Source of the DNA: Owenia fusiformis
Lineage: Eukaryota
Assembly (NCBI GenBank): GCA_903813345.2
Contig: CAIIXF020000001.1
Coordinates: 310,001-374,000, forward strand
Length of the DNA stretch: 64,000 bases
Direction of reading: 5' to 3'
The notes beneath the pieces were generated by a model, which was given only the letters and a program-made list of their open reading frames with translations, had not been told where the DNA came from and did no database searches. Positions 40,601 through 52,600 of this stretch are shown here, piece after piece (the first letter of the stretch is position 1; the number at the start of each line of letters is the position of its first letter). Both the position numbers and the translations under genes were made by a program.

Positions 40601-43600
40601 ATGGGAGGACCAGATTGCCTCTTTATTGTTCTTATTGAAGGAGGGTGTAATGGGATGCCCAGATTGCCTCTTTATTGTTCTTATTGATGGAGGGTGTAAT
40701 TGGAGGACAAGATTGCCATATACATGTAGTTCATTGTTTTCAGCTCTTTGTGTTCTCATTGAAGGAGGGTGTAATGGGATGCCCAGATTGCCTCTTTATT
40801 GTTCTTATTGAAGGAGGGTGTTATTGGAGGACCAGATTGCCTCTTTATTGTTCTTATTGATGGAGGGTGTAATGGGAGGACCAGATTGCCTCTTTATTGT
40901 TCTTATTGAAGGAGGGTGTAATGGGAGGACCAGATAGTCTCTTTATTGTTCTTATTGAAGGAGGGTGTAATGGGATGCCCAGATTGCCTCTTTATTGTTC
41001 TTATTGAAGGAGGGTGTTATTGGAGGACCAGATTGCCTCTTTATTGTTCTTATTGAAGGAGGGTGTTATTGGAGGACCAGATTGCCTCTTAATTGTTCTT
41101 ATTGAACAAGGGTGTAATGGGAGGACCAGATTGCCTCTTTATTGTTCTTATTGAAGGAGGGTGTAATGGGATGCCCAGATTGCCTCTTTATTGTTCTTAT
41201 TGATGGAGGGTGTAATTGGAGGACAAGATTGCCATATACATGTAGTTCATTGTTTTCAGCTCTTTGTGTTCACATGGAAATGTGTGCTTCCCATGATCTC
41301 TGTGGTAATTTTATTTTAATATGAGGTACACTATGTTCAGATTCATATGATGATTGTATACATGAGATTTCTAACATTTACAATTGAGGAGATTGTATTC
41401 AAATTTATCAGAGATCTAGATTCGGAGATTATTCCCACTTCTATTTTGCATTCATATTTACAGATGGATAGATTGTTAAGTAATGGATAGAATATTATGA
41501 TTTTAAGAGTTTGAACTCAGAATGAAGTCATGGTAAAATGTTCACTTATAATCCTCCATGTCTCCCTATAGCATTGTAGAGCATCCATAGCCAGTTACAA
41601 AAATATGTAAATATGCTGTGTTTATTTTCCGTGTTTGTTGTTTTACCTTCCTTGCAAGACAATTTTCAATTTTGACCTGACGGAAAACAAAGAATTTAAG
41701 TCAATTGGCCTTATCGAAGTCTCAGACCATTATAAATGCAAAACATTTTGGTTGACTTTACGATCATAGTCACAGAGACTACCCCTTTATGCGTATGTAT
41801 AATGTGACTGAAGTACCTGGTGGGGGTTGTGTGGGGTCACCTGGGGAACAGTCTCTTACATCAGAATCCCATCTCCCATCAGAACCACAAGTCACAGTAA
41901 AGTTCTGTCTCAGTTGAATATTGTAGCCAAACTTACAGTAGAATGTCACAGTGTCTCCATAGTAGTCACCAGTTTGTACAGCTTTGGAGTTCTTGGTATC
42001 AAGGCTAAACACTTTGCATTTCACCACTGTAACAATGTTAACAAATAGTGACTGCCATTTAGGGCAATAGTAAAAAATCATTTCCTCAATTTTCAAAAGG
42101 AAAATGCATTCATCATTTACACTACTTTGAAAAATAAGGGATGTGGTACTGACAAGGAAAATACATGTTCACAGCAATCAAAATATTAAGGAGTCACCTA
42201 AATGGATGGTTCTATCTTCAATTTCCACATTTTCAGATTTTTTGACAATTCTGAGTTAAAAGATATAAACACCTATTGTAAAATACCATTATACTTACAT
42301 TTGCAGTAAGGTGCTTTTCCTGTCCATTGTCCAGTTCCCCCACATGTCCTGGAAGAAGCTCCTTCTAAGACATACCCGCTCTGACATGTGTAGTTAACAG
42401 TGCTACCATATGAGTTCCCACTCAGCACAAAATCTGAGAATGGTCTCTTGTATGGATAGGGGCAGAGTATTACTGAAATAATTAAACCCTTAAGGTGTAA
42501 TAAAATACATTTTTAGCATGATTTGAAACTTGCTCCCATGCTTTATTCCTGATAATTTCATTTAGACGATTATTCATCCATATTCTGCAAAGCCTTTTTC
42601 AGTAAAAGTGTGATTAATTTTTTTAGAGTTGGCCATTTGATTAAAGCAATTAATAAACAGAATATCAGCCATAGTGTATACTGACATAAATGAGACAGAA
42701 AGTGTAATAGTTCTGAATGTACCTCTACATGTGGGTGGAGAACCATCCCATGAGCCAGTCTTGCCACATCTTCTTACTGATCCTCCTCTCAGCTTGTACC
42801 CCTCATTACAACTATAGGTAGCAGTATTACCAAATGCAGTGCCATCTATCTTCACCTGACCATATAAAGGTGGAGTCAAGTTGCTTGGGCATTTGACACC
42901 TAAAAATAAAGTAAGAAATATGTAGGATATATTAGATTCTAGGTATACAGAAGAATCAAGGAGATGTAATAATTAAATTGACTTTACCATAACCTGTAAC
43001 ACCGCAATCTCCAAATCAACAGAAAGTATAAAATGCATTGTAAAAGCTACATGTATGAAAAACTTATTCGAGTCTCTTGGTTGAACATCAGGGCATTTGG
43101 AACAATGTGTACTTAAGAAAAATTCTATTTTAAAAATATTCTGCTATTTTTTAAAACATCTGTTGTTAACTTTATCTTAATGCTGAATAGTGAAAAAACA
43201 AGATGGCCGTTATAACTGAAAGTTTGTTATGAAGTACAGAATTGTAGCAATGTTGTTATTTTATGCAATAACAGAAGTTTAAAACAAGTGCTCCTAAAAG
43301 GTAATGTAAAGGCAGATCTTCCAGGATAACAATACAAAACAACCTCAAATTTAGATTATGTGTAGCTACTAGACCAATGTCACACCACAAGTGTGAGGTA
43401 ACATATTTTACATGACCATTCTCATACCAGAAAGTGGAAAAATCTGACCATTCCAATACCTCAAAAGTAATAATTTTAGGGGGCATTCTCATTCCAGATC
43501 CAGATCTAATGCCAGTGGTGGTGTTAAGTTTGAGGTAAGAAATATGTGTGGCCTGAGATGGCTTTGGCACTAGATAAGGCTTTTCTTGAAAGCCCCATGG

Positions 43601-46600
43601 TAAAATCTAATATTAGAAGCCCAGGATTAGTACCCGGGTATTAGAAGAGTCTCACTTCATCATTTGCATGGGAACATCTCAAGGGAAACTTCTGGGGGGA
43701 CCCATATTCTCAGAACACTTACTCTCACAAGTGGGAAGGTTTCCGCTCCAGAGATCACTAGCCTGACAAGTGAGTGTGGCAAAGCCAGAGATGGTGTATC
43801 CATCATTACACAGGAAGCTAACAGTTGCCCCAGTTCTGAAGTCATTCCCAGTACGTTTACCATTGCTTGGCTCTCCAGGGTCTCCGCAGCTGCCTGTTGC
43901 ACCTGAGCCTGAAGCAAAAATACACACAGAGGCTTATACTAGTTTCAAAAAGTTGATGAACTTTGAATCGATAGGAGAATTCATTCCAACCACTGAGGAT
44001 CAGAGATAGACGCCCTTGCGGCCTTGCTAAATTTTCTTCATCCGAAGATGAACTCGGAAAAATATATTCATACTGTACATGAATATGTCTTGGACTGCTT
44101 CTTAATTGGCTCATAAAGTCTGTAGCCTCTTGGGATATTTTGATGCTTTTCAGCCATGTTAAAAAAAATTATAAAAAATGTGGCTGATAGTGATAGAAGA
44201 CGAAAATCCGTGGGTGAAGTAGGCCTAGAAATTTGAACATTATTAGTATGTAAATTACTTAACACTGTTACAACAGTATCATACGACAACACGACTTCTG
44301 AATTATGTTCTCTGGAGTTTATTACAACTTCGTACCTATAAACCAACAATGCGGATCCCAGTATTTATTCACATTTCTTACTGAGAAATTCGTGTAAACA
44401 TCGTAAAGAACATTTAAAAATGGCGGTCTAATGAGACGGAAGACTATAGCATTTAACCGAACGGAAAGACTTGATGGATTACCGAACGTAGATTTATACC
44501 GACGGATATGCGTAAAGATAAGTTCACACCAACGGCGCTTTGATGGCGCTTTAAAACGCCAAATGGGGGACAAGAAATATTATATCAAAATCAGGGATTG
44601 ATCGCTGGCTCGGGGTCATTGTAAAAGTTGTATGGAATATCACGCCGTCGGTGTGAAGTTAGCTTAACCATGGGCTTTCAACTAGAAGGGTATGCAACTC
44701 TATGTAATAACATGAGACCTTCAAAATGAGCAATGACATGCTTCCCTTTTATGGCAATATTTCAAAAAGTATTAGATAAATGTATATGTTTTAGTATTAT
44801 TTTGAATAAAAATCAATTTTTAATATGATTTAAGCATAAAATATATTCAATATCATATAAAAGTAAACAAAAGACTGGAGACCAATAAGAATAAGAGTTA
44901 TCAAGATGTTCTCTTTGAGTATTGCATTGTGGGTAATTATTCAAGAACACATTCCAATAAAAAGATAATTTGTGGGAGAATGTTCACTTTCTGTATTGTC
45001 ATAATTAGGATGAATTCCAATTTTTATTAAATTATCAAGATGTATGTAAAAGATCATGTTTTTATTTTTGAGTTATTTCTTTAAATCATCAATAAAAAGT
45101 ACAAAATAAGATTTTCTTGGAATGTGTACATTCTCCAATTTTGAAAACCCATGGCAATGTTTATGTATGAAATATGGGAAGTTGCCTACCCTTCTAGTTG
45201 AAAGCCCATGGCTTAACAAAACTGAAGAGCTTGTAACTCATGGTAACAATCTTGCATTCTGATACTCTGATCTTTCCGTTTCACCTGAAACATGATCTTA
45301 GGGCTGAGAAGAAATGAGATCATGGTTTATGATGATGACACTCAGACAGTCTAAATTGACTCTTGTTATATAGTAAGCTTGAAAACTTTCTCATTTTTGG
45401 ATGATGTGGGCTGTTCCATCTGACTTTTACACCCGCTCTCAGCCTTTAAAATCAACCATGTGCCAAAGGATATTTATGTCCAATGTCGGAGTCTTTAGTC
45501 CTAACGATATATTGTCAATCCCGGTTGTTTCCTATTATCAAATAAGGGCTTTTTGCGAGATCAAATGAATTATGTTACCATTAATTTGTAGTGCGTATGC
45601 ATATTTGTTAAAGCTACGTTCACACCAACGGCGAATGCCACGCTTTAAATCGGCGAGCAAAGCGGCACCAAAGCATGGCGCTTTAAAGGGACTTGTAAAG
45701 CGGCACCAAAGCGTACGTAACAAAGCTTAATTAAAGCGTCGGGGTCGTAATAGGTCGTAGAAAAGCTCGAAGTAAAGCGGGATGTTCGACAAGAGCGCCA
45801 ACAATTTTTAAACTGTTTAAAAAATTTGGGAGCTCCGTTACGAATTGATTAAAGCGCCGAGAGCGTATCAAACCTTAACAAACCGTAACAAAGCTCAGCA
45901 AAGCTTGACCCAAAGCGTAGGAAAGCTTAACAGAGCTTGGTTCAAAGCGGGGACACCAGTCTCTTCACGGTCTGTTACTACTTAACACGCTTCGTTTAGA
46001 TGTCTCAACCTTTGCTACGATCTGGCATGAAGATCTGACACGAGTTCAGACGCTTTCATCAATATCTGACACTCTTTGTTACGCTTTCATGAAGGACTCT
46101 CAAGCTTTTTAACGAATTGAGACGCTTTAATCAAGGATTGAAACGCTTTGTTAAGCTTTGTTACGCTTGACAAGCTTCCTCACGCTCTTTCACGCCGTGC
46201 GACAAACATCATGTCTTCTTCAGATAGGTCATGATCTGGTCCATCTGGAAATTCTGGATCTTGTTGTTCTGCCATCGTCTTCTCGAGTCACAGATGCAAT
46301 GGTTTTATGGATCTACTGCATCTTTATACAGCCATTTGATCAAAAGCGTCATGATAAAGGCGATCTCGAAAATGCACAACAGAGCTTGGCAATCGTATCA
46401 GAGCCTGATTAAAGCGTCATAATCGCATCGAACCGTAATAAAGCTTACCAAAGTTTATCAAAGCGTGATTTTAAGCGTAGCAAAGCCTGGTCGAAGCGGG
46501 ATCATAGCGTGAGGAACCGTAACAAGTCGGGAAATCAGAGCGTATCAGAGCTTATCAGAGCCTAACATTACTTAGGAGATCGTGATATTTTTGGAAAAGT

Positions 46601-49600
46601 AAACATAAATGACAGCGCTTTGCTCGCCGATTTAAAGCGTGGCATTCGCCGTTAATGGGAAAAAAGCTTTAAAAATGTTGGCGCTCTTGCCGAATATCCC
46701 GCTTTACTAACTCCGAGCTTTTCTACGACCTATTACGACCCCGACGCTTTAATCAAGCTTTGTTACGCTTTGGTGCCGCTTTACAAGCAACTTTAAAGCG
46801 CCATCAAAGCGCCGTTGGTGTGAACGTAGCTTAAAGCTAAGTTCACACCAACGGCGCTTCGATAGCGCTTTGAACTCCGCTTTAAAGCGCCATCAAAGCG
46901 CCGTTGGTGTGAACTTAGCTTAAACCACATCGTAACCCTGAAACTTTGAGAGCATATGCATGTAAAGTATTAGCGTCTGTCTAAAGCTAAGTTCACAGCA
47001 ACGGCGCTTCGATGGCGCTTTAAGCTAAGTTCCCACCAACGGCGCTTTGATGTCGCTTTAACATGTTTAAAGCGGCGAGCAAATGTTTAGAGGGTTACAC
47101 CCCAGTCACATTTGTCGCACGGCGGCCGCAAGTCGACCGCAGATCAATTAAATCGGTGAATTTCTGCGGCGAGCGTAGTAAAACTACGCTCGCCTTGCGG
47201 CCTCCGTACGGCGAATGCAGATTTTTACAGGCCGCAGGGAAGGCGTAGAAATAATAACTCGGAGTTATAATATTTGTTCATTTCTGAGGTCCCCATAGAA
47301 ATCAACTGGCTCAACAAGATTGAATCATTATTTGTCAATGTTTTACGATCACTTTTCATATGATATTACATCCTAGCACTATGAATTACATTCATAAATT
47401 GTCCTGATGTAAATAAAATGAAAAAAGTATTGATTTATCAACAGAAATTTAAAATTCACCGTGCGGCTGCCGTGGAATATGTGACTGCAAAAGTATGAGC
47501 GCAGAAATTCTGCGGCGAGCGTAGAAATGTTACTGGCCGCAGAAATGATAGACCGCAAGGTCGCCGTAGGAAATGTGACTGGGGTGTTAGGGGTGACCAG
47601 GTGGAATTGGATTTATCTCAAATATACGTTGATTGTCCGATTTGGTTAGGTTTGAAGCTCCAAAAAATAGTAAAATCATTTTTTCATTTCGAGTTTTAAA
47701 TTTTTAAGTTGATATCCGCGTTATGCTTATTCACCGTGCTGAAGAATGGGTAAGTTTACGATACGTTGTGATACTCATATTTACGTGTTACGCGACATAA
47801 GTCACATGTTAGATTCATTATACAAATATCTTATGGAATAAACCTTTCGATATTTTACCTCAGTCTATTTGTTCGGTTTCATATGTCGATCTATTTGTTC
47901 AGTTAAGCTATGTTCACACCAACGGCGCTTTGATGGCCCTTTAAAGCGGCGTGCAAAGCGGCTTTGCACGGTGCTTTAAAGCGCTATCAAAGCGCCGTTG
48001 GTGTGAACTTAGCTTTAGTTATTTTTAGAAATGTATACCAATGGATTTATCTCTTATATTTCACGGACGACATACACCGATCACAGGGCTTCAAGATCCA
48101 GAATATCTTCTTTCTCTATCGGGAAGAAGGAGGTACGGATTCTGGACACCTGCTTAGGAGGATGTACGGACGGGGGCATTCTGATACTCATCACATCTTT
48201 CTGTCTTCAACTAGAAATACTAGAGTGAAGCTAATAGAAGGCCATGATTTCTCATGATGGATGAGAGCGTCTTCATTGTTACTGAGTGTGAAGCATGTTC
48301 TCAAAGAAGTATGAGTCACCGGCATTCGAAAGAAGGCGTCGACACATTGTGATTTCCGAACACTGCGGGAAGACAAAACCATCGAAATAGTTTCAAAATT
48401 CTTACCACCGTCGCAGGCTGGTGCTTTGCCTGACCATTTTCCATTAGCCTGACAAGTAAGTGAGTTTGAACCCTGGAGTGTACGTCCTGCAGTACACGTG
48501 TAGGTAACTTTTGTGCCGTACTTGTAAGAGTTGGGAGGGTTAAAAACAGCATTTCCCCCAACGGGAATACCAGGATCCCCACATGATATTTCTGAAAATA
48601 AAAAAATTAACCTGATTCTCATCACTCTAATTTATAGTTGAGACGCATTAATGTCATGTTTTTGATGAGATGTTCCAATCAACAGCGCTGTACTCTTATA
48701 CGATTTCGCACTCGTTGTGACAACAGCTTCGGCTGGTTTGGTGAAAAACTTTGAGATGCTATATCGCCTAGTTATAGATTATGCTGATGAAAAATCATTT
48801 GAGTAAATAATAAAATATAAAACTCTCTAGTGTTCTTATTTGTACAACCATTCCCAACGATCATTTTATGGAGAATACTGTATAAGACATAATGGCGGTT
48901 TAAAAAATTATCTTATTAAGGATATACAGATTCAGTTCTAAAATGCATCTTATGTACAGGGTGTCCCGAACGTCTGCCCCCCCCCTAGGCAGACATATAC
49001 CAATGTCTCCATAGTATGTGTCATATATCATTTTAACGTTCATCCAAAGTTACATTAATTTGCCAAGTATCATGGTTCAACTCTCATATGTGAAAAAGTT
49101 ACAGGCATTTCAAAATTTAGTGTTTGGCCAAAATTAAAGTCAGTTTTACACCAAAATAATAGTCGGTGTGTCTCCGAAGCCGCCATGTTAACAGCAGCAA
49201 CACTTTCCATATATGACATTAAACGCGCTTCAAATAGGGATGTGGCGTTTTGTAATCCTCATGAAACCTTTTTAACTCATTTAAGAAGAGTTTCCTTGGA
49301 GTATCTACCATAAACGTCCTCTTTTTAGAACTAAATATCCATCCTATCTTCGAGAATAGCATCCATATTTTCGGTCACATTCAGGTCAGGGCTATTTCCA
49401 GGATACTTAAATGAACTATAATTTTGGCAAAACACTAAATTTTGAAATGCCTGTAATTTTTTCACATATGAGAGTTGAACCATGATACTTGGCAAATTAA
49501 TGTAACTTTGGATAAGTTTTAAAATGATATATAACACATACTATGGAGACATTGGTGTCTGCCTAGGGGGGCATACGTTCGGGACACCCTGTATATACAG

Positions 49601-52600
49601 GGTGGGCCAAAAACAACACTTAACCCAAGTTTAAAGATGAATATCATTTATGCTAGATATATCATTTTAAAGATAAATCATTTGCTAGAAATATGACACC
49701 ATCTGATTGAAATTTTTTATTGCGGAGTTAGAGGCTAAAATTAACAGCAAGGGTGTCGAGAGCGACCAAAAAATCCAGAAGCACTCGTTGGCATAGACTG
49801 CGCCCTCAAAACCCGGGTTTGACGTCATCCAAATACGCCTTTCCAAAAAAAAGCGAACGGGCATTATTACTCCACAAGAAAACAGAGGTTTTTCAATCGG
49901 ATGGTGTCATATTGTTAGGAGATGATTTATCTTTTAAAATGATATATAACATATAACATGGTTTAAGATATATCATATGAATCTGTAAACTTGGATATAT
50001 TGTTTCTTTGGTCCACCCTGTAAAACACATTTGGGATTTCATTTGTAATTTCAGTATTGCTCTACCTATACATTTATCCAGCATTCCTGACCAGGATCCG
50101 TCATTTTTGCATTGTAGGATCGTCTCAGCTTTTCCCGTAGAAAGCTTATAACCTGTATTGCATTGGTATTTTACAATGTAACCATAGGAATAATACGGCC
50201 CTTGGTTCATTATAGCACCATTGCCCAACTGTGGAAGGTCTTTGGAGGGACAGCCAATAACTGAAACCATGAAACACATTTGTGAATCGAACACACAATA
50301 ACGCAAGGACTACAGCCCATTTCAATGATTTATTGCGTCAGTAAAACCCCAAAAATAAGAAATCAGGAGACCATTTTGCTATAACATATACAAGTATATT
50401 CATATTGTACTTGAATGACAATTGTATATTTCAGATTATTTAGTTTTTTTGTACAATAAGCCTATGCCCTCTTGTAATTTAAAAAATTTCAGCCATGTTA
50501 ATCTTATTGAAAATAACATGGCAGGGAAGCATCCAAATATAAGAGGCCACACACTTTATTAGCTAAACTAGAAGCAATCCAAGATAAACAAATGTCATTT
50601 ATGTACAAGACGTAAATTCGAATCTTCCCAGTATTGATTTGCCTACCTGTGTATGAAAGCCAGAATCCTTTGTCAGAGAATATGGAATCATCTTCAGCAT
50701 TGAAGGTCACATTGACTGTGCTACCGATGCTTGTCAGTGGCGCCACCTTTAAGTTGCCACACAACCGTAGCTGGCTGTTAGGATCATTTGTTCCAGCAAC
50801 GGCGTCAAGCAGAAGGTAATCAACTTTACAATTTGTTGATTTCAAAATCTTGATCTCCTGAATATTGATTTCTATTTTCTGGCCTGGTTCTGCTTTGATT
50901 ACCCATCTACATGAGAGAAGTGGGTAGTCATCTGGGTAGTCGGGACTTAGGATGTCGCCTTCTTTGCTGGTAAGTTCACCCCCACATCTGGGGAGAGCTG
51001 GAACAGAATCGGGGAAACATGTACTTAAATAACCAGGGAATCACCAACTTCACAGAATCACGAAATCGCCGTAATGAGATGTTATAGTTGGGCAAAGGAG
51101 CACGTAGTTTATCGCAAACAATTTCAGAAGGTTATATCTTGGATTATGACTATTTTCTGACCATGAAGACAAGTTTATCTTTTAGATCAATTCATTATCT
51201 CAAAGAAAATTATATACAGTGATAATAAAGTCAAACAAACACGGAGATATTTAACTAGCAATCAACCCATCAACACACTTTTTCAAAGATGGTGACCCCA
51301 TTTTCACCAAAAATGCAATCATTTTTTACAATGTGTAATGAACATGTCTCAAAGCACACTCTAATTGTGCATTCAACAATATAATAAAAGGTTGCATTTT
51401 TGGTGAAAATTAGGTCAACATTTTTGAAAAAGTATGTTGATTGGTCCATTGTCCCTTCAATATCACTTAGGTCTGATTAACTAAATTATCATTATATATA
51501 CTTTTCTTGAAGATAATGAATGGATCTAAAAGATACACCCATGTTCATGATCAGAAAATATTTATTGGACACCCTGTAGTATTATTTAAACAATTATTAT
51601 ATGAATTCTCAATTATGTTTAGTTTCTTAGTAAATTGAATATGGTATGTGTTTGAGGATACAAATCATATGGACATAATAAAATGTGTCTTTTTTATGAG
51701 TATGAAATATCAAGAAAATCCTTTTTAAGAGCTGGTTACAAACATATTTTATTAACAGGTTGGAAAATATTGAAGCCTTTGGTACATTATTTGTTATGTT
51801 GTCTGAGTTTGTATTCGCAAACTTTGAATTTTGTCTAAAAATCATCATTACTATGCCCGTGCATCTAAGGTTGTAAATGTGGACAATATCTTTGAAATGG
51901 CTCTAAAGATAAAAGTTTGGAGATTCATATTGGGTGATTTTTCCGCATTTGGAGCATCTTTTTAAATGGCCATAAAATCGTGTCCACAAAATGTAGACCA
52001 ATGAAACTTCCCTGTATGAATATAACTGAGTACCCAATGTGCCTTAGTTTGTGAAATATCAAAATCCAAAATGGCCGTTAATTATCCGCACTGAGCACAC
52101 ATGATATCCGCAACGCTTGTTTTCGTATAGCACAGTCTGCATAGAGTGATAAAGTTTTGGTAGATTAAAGTAAATTATACATAAATACCTATGAAGGCAC
52201 AAACCTTAATATGCTAGGGAAAATACCTGAATATGAAGGTAAATACCTGAATTTGAAAGTAAATACCTGAATATGAAGGTAAATACCTGGATTTGAAGGT
52301 AAACTTGAATATGAAGGTAAATACCTGAATTTGAAGGTAAATACCTGGATTTGAAGGTAAACCTGAATATGAAGGTAAAGATCTGAATTTGAAGGTAAAT
52401 ACTTGTATATTCTAAGATAAAAACCTTGAATATCAAGGCAAATACCTAAATTTACTACGGTAAATATCTCAAAATGCTGAGGTAAATACCCGATCGTGAA
52501 GATGCTAAACTAAATACCCGAATATGTTAAGGTGAAGCCCGTTCCTTTCGGTGGCAGCCTACTCCTTCGTGTAAACTTTATGCAAGCCTTTGTTCCAATG

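Larger units (their letters stand above)
44516..48014. mobile_element. Cluster of PIF/Harbinger-like MITEs of one family (44516-44664, 45612-46831, 46835-46920, 47906-48014; solo ends near 46985 and 47023)
   Basis: TIR AGCTAAGTTCACACCAACGGCG with TAA/TTA TSDs on each two-ended copy. Confidence 0.8.

Noticed and set aside
586-41270. Regular repeat arrays as CRISPR arrays
   Set aside because: Units are head-to-tail with no unique spacers, there are no cas genes, and the context is a spliced eukaryotic gene
43990-48400. Short ORFs around the MITE cluster as transposase remnants
   Set aside because: No catalytic motif I can identify with confidence; needs BLASTX
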